From Alistipes sp. (lineage in GTDB: Bacteria > Bacteroidota > Bacteroidia > Bacteroidales > Rikenellaceae): DNA of 64,000 nucleotides. The notes below the pieces were generated by a model. The model was not told where the DNA came from and did no database searches. It saw nothing but the letters and a program-made list of their open reading frames with translations. The DNA is taken from positions 51,220 through 115,219 of the forward strand of contig JAZTYW010000036.1 in the NCBI GenBank assembly GCA_045637085.1, given 5' to 3'. Positions 30,233-37,619 of this stretch are shown piece after piece; the first letter of the stretch is position 1; each line of letters begins with the position of its first letter. Both the position numbers and the translations under genes were made by a program.

Positions 30233-30294
30233 CAAATTTACCCCCTCCATCAAATTCCCAAACTTTTGGTTAAGAAATTGATGGTAGGGGGTAA
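30233..30294 (-). promoter_or_regulatory. Promoter of the protease-TlpA-lipoprotein unit embedded in an inverted repeat
   Basis: TAAATTTG (-7, 30233-30240) and TTTG (-33, 30259-30262) on the minus strand; arms TTACCCCCT-CCATCAA and TTGATGGtAGGGGGTAA. Confidence 0.55.
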
Positions 30295-30359
30295 TATTTA
30301 CGCATATTGCATTAATATGCAAGGATATAACTATATTATTGACTACTTCTATCTATTGA

Positions 30360-30809
30360 CTATGCCGCTTGTACGCCGCGCCAGACGGTCTCCCAATCCT
30401 CCCACTGCGACTCACTGAGGTTTGTCCACCAACACTTGCCCGTAGAGTCGAGCTTGGTGTTGTGGAACTTCTTCGCCTTAGATATCTGAAGCTTCACATC
30501 ACGCACCTCGCCAGTGTGGTTTGCGGGAACTTCAAACTCAATAACCATGGTGTTGTCATGCCTTTTCTTGGTTGTTTTATCTCCAATTTGTAGGCGGTAG
30601 CGGTAGCACTTATGCGTCTCGCCGGGTTGAAATCGCGTATTGTCTGTCCACCAGGTGTCGAAGTCGTCGAAGCAATATGTTCCGCCCTTCTGTGGTATCT
30701 GTACAACCTGTGAGTTGGGTATCGCATCCCAGTCGTAGTATTCTGTGCACGCGGTAAATGATACCAATGCCAACGCAACGGTTACAAGGTGTAAAAGAGG
30801 GCCTTTCAT
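30360..30809 (-). CDS. Hypothetical lipoprotein, last gene of the radical SAM operon
   Basis: Lipobox FTAC followed by TEYYDW; BACON-like VPANHTGEVR...VQ end. Confidence 0.75.
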   Translation of the reverse strand: MKGPLLHLVTVALALVSFTACTEYYDWDAIPNSQVVQIPQKGGTYCFDDFDTWWTDNTRFQPGETHKCYRYRLQIGDKTTKKRHDNTMVIEFEVPANHTGEVRDVKLQISKAKKFHNTKLDSTGKCWWTNLSESQWEDWETVWRGVQAA

Positions 30810-30820
30810 AGCATTTTGTG

Positions 30821-31897
30821 TTATTTTGTTAGGCGGTGGTAGTGGCAGACGAGCAGGTTTTCGTCATCGTCGTAGAGGTGCATGCCGCTGCCCTCGCAGT
30901 ATTGCCACATCTTGCAGTCGGCACACTTACCCTTCTTCGCCCATGCGCGGTTGCGGAACTTCTCGAAGCGGTTTTGCCAGACATCCCAGAAGTTATCTTT
31001 GTAGATGTTACCCTGCGTGAAGTTGGCGCGTACACTTGTGCAGCCCGAGATATCGCCATTGACACGTATCGAGGCGGTGCCGACACCTGCGTAGCACTCG
31101 AAGGGGTTGGTGCGCACGCGCATCTCATAGCCCGCGAGGAAACCTTCGCAGCCATATGCGGCCTTTACGCGACCCTCCTTACGGCACTTCTCGATAAACT
31201 CCATAAGGTAGGTGAACTCCTCGTTGTTGAGCTGCAGCGTGGGGTCGGTTGCGGCGCGGCCTACGGGGAAGATGGTGAACAGTCGCCAACGGCGCACACC
31301 GAGTGAGTAGAGGAACTCCTTGAACTCCTCAAGGCGTGGCAGGAGCGCGGGGGTTACGCATGTCACGACATCCGAGGCAAGCTCCTTATCTGCCGATATC
31401 ATGCGCACAGCCTCCACGGCGCGTGCGAAGCTCTCCTTGTTCTGGCGTATGTGGTAGTGGTGCTCCTCGAAGCCGTCGAGCGAGACGGTGATTGAGTGCA
31501 GACCCGCGCGGATAAGTGAGTCTAAACGCTGACGTGAGAGTCCCAAACCGTTTGTCACCATGCCCCAGGGGTAGCCGCGGCGGTAGAGGTTGATGCCTAT
31601 CTCCTCGAGGTCCTTGCGCACGAGCACCTCGCCACCCGAGAGGATGATAAGGACCTTATGTGGGTCGACGTTTGGTGTAATCTCGTTGTCCAGCACGCGG
31701 AAGAAATCCTTTGCGGGCATATCCGTGAGCGTGGTATCCACCTTGCAGTCGCTACCGCAGTGGCGGCACTGGAGGTTACAGCGCAGTGTGCACTCCCAAA
31801 AGAGAGTATTTAATACATGCTCGTCGCGGCGTATCTGACGTAACTTTTTGAATAGCTTCAACGCCATCCACTGGCGTAGTCCAAGTCGTTTTCCCAT
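30821..31897 (-). CDS. Radical SAM/SPASM maturase, rSAM/lipoprotein-system type (TIGR04133-like)
   Basis: FWECTLRCNLQCRHCGSDC, SGGE, WGMVTNG, SLDG, WRLFTIFPVGRA, SPASM CYAG...NGDISGC...CADCKMWQYC...C. Confidence 0.85.
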   Translation of the reverse strand: MGKRLGLRQWMALKLFKKLRQIRRDEHVLNTLFWECTLRCNLQCRHCGSDCKVDTTLTDMPAKDFFRVLDNEITPNVDPHKVLIILSGGEVLVRKDLEEIGINLYRRGYPWGMVTNGLGLSRQRLDSLIRAGLHSITVSLDGFEEHHYHIRQNKESFARAVEAVRMISADKELASDVVTCVTPALLPRLEEFKEFLYSLGVRRWRLFTIFPVGRAATDPTLQLNNEEFTYLMEFIEKCRKEGRVKAAYGCEGFLAGYEMRVRTNPFECYAGVGTASIRVNGDISGCTSVRANFTQGNIYKDNFWDVWQNRFEKFRNRAWAKKGKCADCKMWQYCEGSGMHLYDDDENLLVCHYHRLTK

Positions 31898-31903
31898 AGT
31901 ATC

Positions 31904-32089
31904 TTATTCGTTTTGTATGTCGTTGTTAGCCTCCTCTGCGAGGGCCTCCTCAGCTGGTGCCTTCTCGCTATACTCCTCATGTAGGGGTGCATAGGCAGGT
32001 GCGGGGTATATCTGCTGGTCGCCCTCGGGCTCACAACTTACGAATGTATAGCCTAACGCTACTAATCCAAAGAGAATCAATCGTTTCAT
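31904..32089 (-). CDS. 61-aa lipopeptide, candidate radical SAM substrate
   Basis: MKRLILFGLVALGYTFVSC lipoprotein signal, then EPEGDQQIYPAPAYAPLHEEY and an acidic tail; tightly packed between two rSAM genes. Confidence 0.75.
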   Translation of the reverse strand: MKRLILFGLVALGYTFVSCEPEGDQQIYPAPAYAPLHEEYSEKAPAEEALAEEANNDIQNE

Positions 32090-32108
32090 AGTTCGTATAG
32101 TTTAAGGT

Positions 32109-33137
32109 TTATAAATCTAATATAGGGTCGGCAATGTCGAACGTTCCGTATAGCTGCTCCGAGGCGGCACGGCAGCCACCACGGCAGCGCTGCCACAGGT
32201 CACACGCTACGCATCGCTCGGGCATGGTGTTATAGATACCCTCCTCTGTTGTACGCTTGAGGATGTCATCGAGGTGCTCCTTGTGTATGTTGCCCAGCAC
32301 GCGGGGCGAGTGGTTGCAGAAGCGCACATCGCCACGGTAGTTGATGGTCAACGGACGCGAGGTAAGCTCCGTTGTGCAGTGCGTAAATGTTATGTTGGGG
32401 TAGTCGCGCGGCTCGAGCACACATAGCGGCGTGCATACGCCATTGTGGGCACGCATGCCCAACTCACCAAGTTTGGCATCGGCACGACGAAAGGCATCGC
32501 GCAACTCCGCATGCGAGAGTGTCAACTCCGCGGCATACTTACGCCCCAAGCCACCGATATTGAAGCGGTTAAGCATTATCCTTTTGACCCCCATCGCGGC
32601 GTACATCTCCAGCGTAGGCTCTATATCGTTGACATTCAAACGGCTGAGGATGAATACAGGAGTTAGCCATGCGGGGTCCACCTCCGCGATGCGCTTGGCA
32701 CTCGCCATAGCGCGCTCCCATGAGCCCTCAAGCTGCGTTATGTGGTCGTGCACCTCGGCACGGTGCGAGAGAAGCGGTATCTGTACCACGCCAACACCGA
32801 GGTTACGGATGATGTCTATGTCCTCAGCCTTGAGTAGCGTGCCGTTTGTGAGGAGGTTTACGTTAGACCCTCCGAGGCGCGCCTTGAGTATAAGGTCGTG
32901 GATGCGTGGCATAAGCATAGGCTCGCCACCCGAGAAGGATATGCTACCGATGTTGGCCTCGTTTAGCAGGCGCTTCAGCGTGCGGCGTGCCATGCGGAAG
33001 TCGGGCGCAGCAACCGAGCATGGCTCAGCCCCACCCTTGAAGTGGTTATAGCAGAATCTGCACGCCTGGTTACAAGCATCCGTAAGCTCAAAGACCGCAA
33101 AGCCGAGCTCCACCTTTTTTCGTCGCGAGAAGAGCAT
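32109..33137 (-). CDS. Second radical SAM/SPASM enzyme
   Basis: FELTDACNQACRFCYN, SGGEP, LLTNG, SPASM C...INYRGDVRFC...CVACDLWQRCRGGC. Confidence 0.88.
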   Translation of the reverse strand: MLFSRRKKVELGFAVFELTDACNQACRFCYNHFKGGAEPCSVAAPDFRMARRTLKRLLNEANIGSISFSGGEPMLMPRIHDLILKARLGGSNVNLLTNGTLLKAEDIDIIRNLGVGVVQIPLLSHRAEVHDHITQLEGSWERAMASAKRIAEVDPAWLTPVFILSRLNVNDIEPTLEMYAAMGVKRIMLNRFNIGGLGRKYAAELTLSHAELRDAFRRADAKLGELGMRAHNGVCTPLCVLEPRDYPNITFTHCTTELTSRPLTINYRGDVRFCNHSPRVLGNIHKEHLDDILKRTTEEGIYNTMPERCVACDLWQRCRGGCRAASEQLYGTFDIADPILDL

Positions 33138-33140
33138 AAC

Positions 33141-33653
33141 TTAGTCAACTATAGCGATATAGATATGGAGACGCTGGGGCTCAATATCGCCCTCATAGAC
33201 CACATACTCTGCACACAACTTCGCTCTACCGCGATAGTCGCCTGCATCGATAGTGAATTCCAACTGATTGTCACCCTGCTTTACTGCGTAAGTCTTACTG
33301 CAAAGCACCCTTTCAGGCTCATTGTCATCACTAACCAACGATAATGTCACCTCCTCACCAAATATACATTCGTAGTTCAATATCACAATGTCGCCATTAC
33401 GCAACTCGCTATTTACGACACCGTCAGACCAATAGTGGTGATTTGATGGGGGTGGCGCAGGGTCGTAGCATGATGTAATAAATCCGCCACCTTCGCAGGC
33501 TGTCGATGCCAATGCCGTAAGGCCAATCAGCATACCACCCAAACGGTACTTAAGGTTTGTGGCGCGCTTGCTACGGCCACCGCTCAATATGAGCCACAAC
33601 GACACAGCAGCGAATGCCACGCTCAGTGCCACTATAAGAATTGTTCGTTTCAT
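33141..33653 (-). CDS. Membrane/lipoprotein with extended leader and SCYDPAP motif
   Basis: Two hydrophobic segments separated by a basic linker, lipobox-like STAC, then GGGFITSCYDPAPPP and a beta-rich domain; 3 bp upstream of the rSAM gene. Confidence 0.7.
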   Translation of the reverse strand: MKRTILIVALSVAFAAVSLWLILSGGRSKRATNLKYRLGGMLIGLTALASTACEGGGFITSCYDPAPPPSNHHYWSDGVVNSELRNGDIVILNYECIFGEEVTLSLVSDDNEPERVLCSKTYAVKQGDNQLEFTIDAGDYRGRAKLCAEYVVYEGDIEPQRLHIYIAIVD

Positions 33654-33671
33654 AGTATTAAGTTTTTAATT

Positions 33672-33836
33672 CGTCATTGCGAGAGCCTTTAGGCTCGTGG
33701 CAATCTCATTCACGTTGTATGTCATGCTGAGCGAAAGCGAAGGATCTATACGGGATAGCACAGTAGTCGAACGTTAGTACATACCGAGAGATTCTTCACT
33801 TCGTTCAGAATGACATAGATAGCGTTCAGAATGACA
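33672..33836. repeat. REP-like palindromic element, copy 2
   Basis: CGTCATTGCGAG..GTGGCAATCTC; TGTCATGCTGAGCGAAAGCGAAGGATCT paired with AGATTCTTCACTTCGTTCAGAATGACA; extra partial CGTTCAGAATGACA. Confidence 0.8.
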
Positions 33837-33855
33837 ACCACTCTGCCTATACTAA

Positions 33856-34212
33856 TTACTTGCGCTTGAGTCTAACATCGCCGAGGTCAACACCATCGAG
33901 TGTGGCATCGTTGCAATTTAGGTCAATGGACTGTTGCTCAAACTCTCCTCCATTCTCCGCGCCATCAACATCGGTGAACTCCACTGAGGGTATCTCGCCG
34001 CGGATGAAGAAGCGTCCATCGCTGTCTGTGTAGCACTCCGAGCTGTTGGTGTTCACCTTGATGCCCTCGATTGCTGTGCCCAACTCATCGACCACGCGTC
34101 CTGTTGCGCTAAATCGGGGGTTGTACTCGGTGTACTCTACGCCATAGCACGCCACGCAAGTGAGTGTCATGCCAAATAGCGCAAATAGTCGTGTTAATAA
34201 CTTGCCAGTCAT
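33856..34212 (-). CDS. rSAM-associated lipoprotein paralogue 4 (TIGR04134-like)
   Basis: LTCVACYGVEY; GRVVDELG.AIEGIKV; FTDVDGAENGGEF; DLGDVRLK. Confidence 0.8.
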   Translation of the reverse strand: MTGKLLTRLFALFGMTLTCVACYGVEYTEYNPRFSATGRVVDELGTAIEGIKVNTNSSECYTDSDGRFFIRGEIPSVEFTDVDGAENGGEFEQQSIDLNCNDATLDGVDLGDVRLKRK

Positions 34213-34230
34213 AATATTACGATTTTATTA

Positions 34231-34492
34231 GTCATTGCGAAGAATTGCATCTGCTTACCGCGCTGATACGCAAATCTTTTCATGCAATTCTGTGGCAATC
34301 TCCTCGCTGTGCTTAGTCATCCTGAGCAGCGCGAAGGATCTCCTCCAAGCCGACCAGAAACAACTTTGATCGCATATTGTCCGCGAGGGGATTCTTCACT
34401 TCGTTCAGAATGACATTCTAAGTATTACTAATTGCTAATTACTCATTACTAATTATTTAAGATCCCCACAGTCACTGTCCCTCCTCGGAGTG
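34231..34492. repeat. REP-like palindromic element, copy 3, with heptamer array
   Basis: GTCATTGCGA..GTGGCAATCTC; GTCATCCTGAGCAGCGCGAAGGATCTC paired with GGGATTCTTCACTTCGTTCAGAATGACA; (CTAATTr)n-like run 34423-34455; decayed half-site 34461-34492. Confidence 0.8.
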
Positions 34493-34493
34493 T

Positions 34494-34952
34494 TTACTCC
34501 TCGGGGGTTTCGTCAGGGGTCTCCTCGCTCTTCTTCTTGAGTTTCATAGTCACGGTGCCCAAGTCGGCGGTGTAGGCGCCCTCATACCAGTTGCCACTGC
34601 CCTCCTCAGTCTGTGTAGCGTTCTCTATATCCATGGTGAGCGTCTCGAACTCACCGCCATTGGCCTCGCCATCTATGTCGATAAACTGCACCTTGCCTTG
34701 CTCCGTTCCTGGCCAGAAGCTACCTCGTGCATCAATATAGCCCTGATAGTCCGAGAAGCCCGTGTTGTACTCGAAGCGTCCGCCCTCCTCGGTGCGCACC
34801 TCGATACCCTGAATGGGTGCGCCCGCCTCATCCACAACGCGCGCCTTGAGCGAGAAGCTAACATTGGGACAGCCATACTCCGCAGCACCAATAAAATGCT
34901 CGCAGCTTGTAAGGCCAAGCAGGCCTAATAGTATATAAATCAGTCGTTTCAT
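34494..34952 (-). CDS. rSAM-associated lipoprotein paralogue 3 (TIGR04134-like)
   Basis: Lipobox LTSC, AAEYGCP, ARVVDEAGAPIQGIEV, FIDIDGEANGGEF, DLGTVTMKLK. Confidence 0.85.
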   Translation of the reverse strand: MKRLIYILLGLLGLTSCEHFIGAAEYGCPNVSFSLKARVVDEAGAPIQGIEVRTEEGGRFEYNTGFSDYQGYIDARGSFWPGTEQGKVQFIDIDGEANGGEFETLTMDIENATQTEEGSGNWYEGAYTADLGTVTMKLKKKSEETPDETPEE

Positions 34953-34975
34953 TGCATATAAGGTTTTACAGGTTA

Positions 34976-35389
34976 TTACTTAAGCGTCATCACCACATCG
35001 CCGAGGTCTACCACATCGCTACCGACATAGCCCCACTCGTCGGGTTTGTTATTGAGGCCTGCGAGCTGCTCGCGGATGTTAACCGTGATGGTCTCGTACT
35101 CGCCACCATTGTATTCACCGTCAATATCCTCAAACACAATATTATGCAACTCGCTGGGGTGGAGGTGTGCAAAGCCCGAAATCACACCCTGATAGTCGCT
35201 ATATCCCGAGCGGCCATAGAAGGCACTCGTCTCGGGGTATGAGTAGATGCCCTGAATGGGGTTGCCCGCCTCATCTACCACATGTGCCGAGAAGTAGAGC
35301 ACATAGTATGACCTATGCTTTGGCTCCTTCTCGCACGACGACAATGCCAAGCCACACAGCACCATCGCCAAAAGTATCAATCGTTTCAT
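34976..35389 (-). CDS. rSAM-associated lipoprotein paralogue 2
   Basis: Lipobox LSSC, HRSYYV, AHVVDEAGNPIQGI, FEDIDGEYNGGEY, DLGDVVMTLK. Confidence 0.8.
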   Translation of the reverse strand: MKRLILLAMVLCGLALSSCEKEPKHRSYYVLYFSAHVVDEAGNPIQGIYSYPETSAFYGRSGYSDYQGVISGFAHLHPSELHNIVFEDIDGEYNGGEYETITVNIREQLAGLNNKPDEWGYVGSDVVDLGDVVMTLK

Positions 35390-35410
35390 CGCTATACTAT
35401 ATTTATATTA

Positions 35411-35800
35411 TTACTCCCTCTTTTTGAGAGTTACATCAATCGAGAGAATGCCATCCTCTTCAACATCCGCCTTTCTCGCATCGCTCATCTTGATACTCTT
35501 GTTGATAAATTCACCACCATTTGCCTCGCCATCGACATCCGTAAACTTGAACATATTAATATTTGGATGCTCATCGAGCGACACGCTACAAAAGCCATTC
35601 TCATCAGTATATCCCGCCGACGTAAACTCCCAGTTCTCTCTTACCGACACCTCGATGCCAGCAATGGGGTTACCCTCTTGGTCAACCACGCGAGCATCTG
35701 CCCTGTAAACCCTAATCAATGGTCCATACATCACAGGCATATCTTCAACTGTACAACTAAAACCGAGTGCCGCAATCAATAGATAAATTAGCTTTTTCAT
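35411..35800 (-). CDS. rSAM-associated lipoprotein paralogue 1 (TIGR04134-like)
   Basis: Start MKKLIYL, lipobox GFSC, MPVMYGP, ARVVDQEGNPIAGIEV, FTDVDGEANGGEF. Confidence 0.85.
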   Translation of the reverse strand: MKKLIYLLIAALGFSCTVEDMPVMYGPLIRVYRADARVVDQEGNPIAGIEVSVRENWEFTSAGYTDENGFCSVSLDEHPNINMFKFTDVDGEANGGEFINKSIKMSDARKADVEEDGILSIDVTLKKRE

Positions 35801-35853
35801 AGTTCGATATTTTATTTGTTTAAATGACTCCCAGAATAGGTATTTTCCTACTG

Positions 35854-35861
35854 CAAATTTA
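35854..35861 (-). promoter_or_regulatory. -7 promoter box of the rSAM/lipoprotein operon
   Basis: TAAATTTG on the minus strand, about 55 bp upstream of the ATG at 35800. Confidence 0.6.
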
Positions 35862-36125
35862 CGAAACAATATAGCCTTCACCAAATTTTTTGACCGAAAT
35901 TATTTCCGCACCCCGCCCTTTAAGATATTGATACTCAGATAGATACAAAAGCCAATTTTGCGAATTTTTCATCTTGCTGATTATCAGGCAGTTACAAATA
36001 TGATACGTGAAACTTTATAACTCATTGATAATCAACATTGTTTTTCGTTGATTAATTTATTTAGGTTTGGCGCGACGCTATTCGCAAAAAAAGAGTTACC
36101 TTTGCTACAAAACACAAAGATATCT

Positions 36126-37610
36126 ATGAAAACAACACTAAAATATGGTCGTCGCGAGGCGCATGAGGTGACATTTGGAGGTGTCAAAATTGGCTCGACA
36201 CACCCCATCGCGGTGCAGTCAATGACCAACACACCAACGGCAGATGTGGCGCTCTCGGTGGAGCAGACAAAGCGCATCGCCGAGGCGGGAGCAGAGATAG
36301 TTCGTCTAACTGCACAGGGCAAAAAGGAGGGCGAGGCACTTGGTCCAATCATGGAGCAGTTGCGCAAAGATGGATGCACGGCGGCCATAGTTGCCGACAT
36401 ACACTTCACGCCCGAGATAGCGATGATGGCAGCCGAGGTTGTGGATAAGGTGCGCATCAATCCCGGTAACTTCCGCACCTCGAATGGCGAGTTGGAACGC
36501 CTCATAGATATATGTCGCCGCCGTGGCGTGGCGCTGCGCATAGGTGTCAACCACGGCTCGTTGGCAAAGCGCATATTCGATGAGTATGGCGACACCCCTG
36601 AGGGCATGGTAGCCTCGGCGATGGAGTTTTTGAGGATGTGTCGCGAGGCAGACTTCCATAACGTAGTTGTGTCGATGAAGTCGAGCAACACGCGCGTGAT
36701 GGTTCACGCCTACCGCCTCTTGGTTGAGGCTATGGCGCGCGAGGGTATGACCTACCCACTGCACCTTGGTGTAACGGAGGCGGGTGACGGCATTGAGGGT
36801 CGCATAAAGAGTGCCGTGGGCATCGGAGCGTTGCTTGCCGATGGCATTGGCGACACCCTCCGCGTATCGCTTACGGAAGATCCCGAGAATGAGGTTCCCG
36901 TGGGTCGCATCATTGTGGAGCACTTTGCGAAGCGCAGTGGCGAGTTCGAGGTGGCATCATTGGAGGGTTACTCTCCCACTTCGTTCAAACCACGCACAAA
37001 TGCTAAACCAATAGTACACAGCGAGATAACAGAGGAGTACGACATCGTGGATGCAGTGAGCGCCAACCCAACGCATGAGTGGCGTGCAGCAATCCTAAAC
37101 CGCACAGACAACCGCCCCGTGGTATTGCGTCGCCGCTATGAGGAGAGCGACCCCACGCTTGTGGCAATATACGCAGCGGCAGATATGGGTCAGTTGCTTA
37201 TCGACGGTCTGGCAGATGGCGTGTGGATTGATGCCCCAGCACTCGATGCAGAGGTAGTCAACAACATAGAACTCATACTGTTACAGGCCTCGCGCCTACG
37301 CTTCTCGCGCACGGAATATATAGCCTGCCCAAGTTGCGGCCGTACGCTCTACGACATTCAGTCTACGCTCGCAGCAATCAAGGCGCGCACCTCGCACCTC
37401 AAAGACCTCAAAATAGGTGTTATGGGCTGTATAGTGAATGGTCCAGGCGAGATGGCAGATGCCGACTACGGCTATGTTGGCTCCTCGCCCGAGCATATCA
37501 CCCTCTACCGCGGCAGAGAGGTTGTGGAGCGTAATATCCACCAGTCTGAAGCACTCGATCACCTTATCGAGATTATCAAGGCAGACGGCAAGTGGCACGA
37601 CCCCGAATAG
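36126..37610 (+). CDS. ispG: 4-hydroxy-3-methylbut-2-en-1-yl diphosphate synthase
   Basis: VQSMTNT, VADIHF, RINPGN, RIGVNHGSL, HLGVTEAG, GIGDTLRVSLT, ACPSCGRT, VMGCIVNGPGE; -7 box TACCTTTG at 36097-36104. Confidence 0.95.
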   Translation: MKTTLKYGRREAHEVTFGGVKIGSTHPIAVQSMTNTPTADVALSVEQTKRIAEAGAEIVRLTAQGKKEGEALGPIMEQLRKDGCTAAIVADIHFTPEIAMMAAEVVDKVRINPGNFRTSNGELERLIDICRRRGVALRIGVNHGSLAKRIFDEYGDTPEGMVASAMEFLRMCREADFHNVVVSMKSSNTRVMVHAYRLLVEAMAREGMTYPLHLGVTEAGDGIEGRIKSAVGIGALLADGIGDTLRVSLTEDPENEVPVGRIIVEHFAKRSGEFEVASLEGYSPTSFKPRTNAKPIVHSEITEEYDIVDAVSANPTHEWRAAILNRTDNRPVVLRRRYEESDPTLVAIYAAADMGQLLIDGLADGVWIDAPALDAEVVNNIELILLQASRLRFSRTEYIACPSCGRTLYDIQSTLAAIKARTSHLKDLKIGVMGCIVNGPGEMADADYGYVGSSPEHITLYRGREVVERNIHQSEALDHLIEIIKADGKWHDPE

Positions 37611-37619
37611 CGAAACACT

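Noticed and set aside
33672-34416. Repeat-spacer-repeat pattern as a possible CRISPR or integron attC array
   Set aside because: Repeats are inverted pairs, few and irregularly spaced; no cas or integrase gene in the window; another copy lies 29 kb away beside housekeeping genes
35801-36125. N-terminal extensions in the ORF track (starts at 35884 and 36048; likewise 1692, 6624, 9870, 13789, 24869, 28864)
   Set aside because: They run across promoter boxes or upstream genes; downstream ATGs give proper signal peptides or family N-termini
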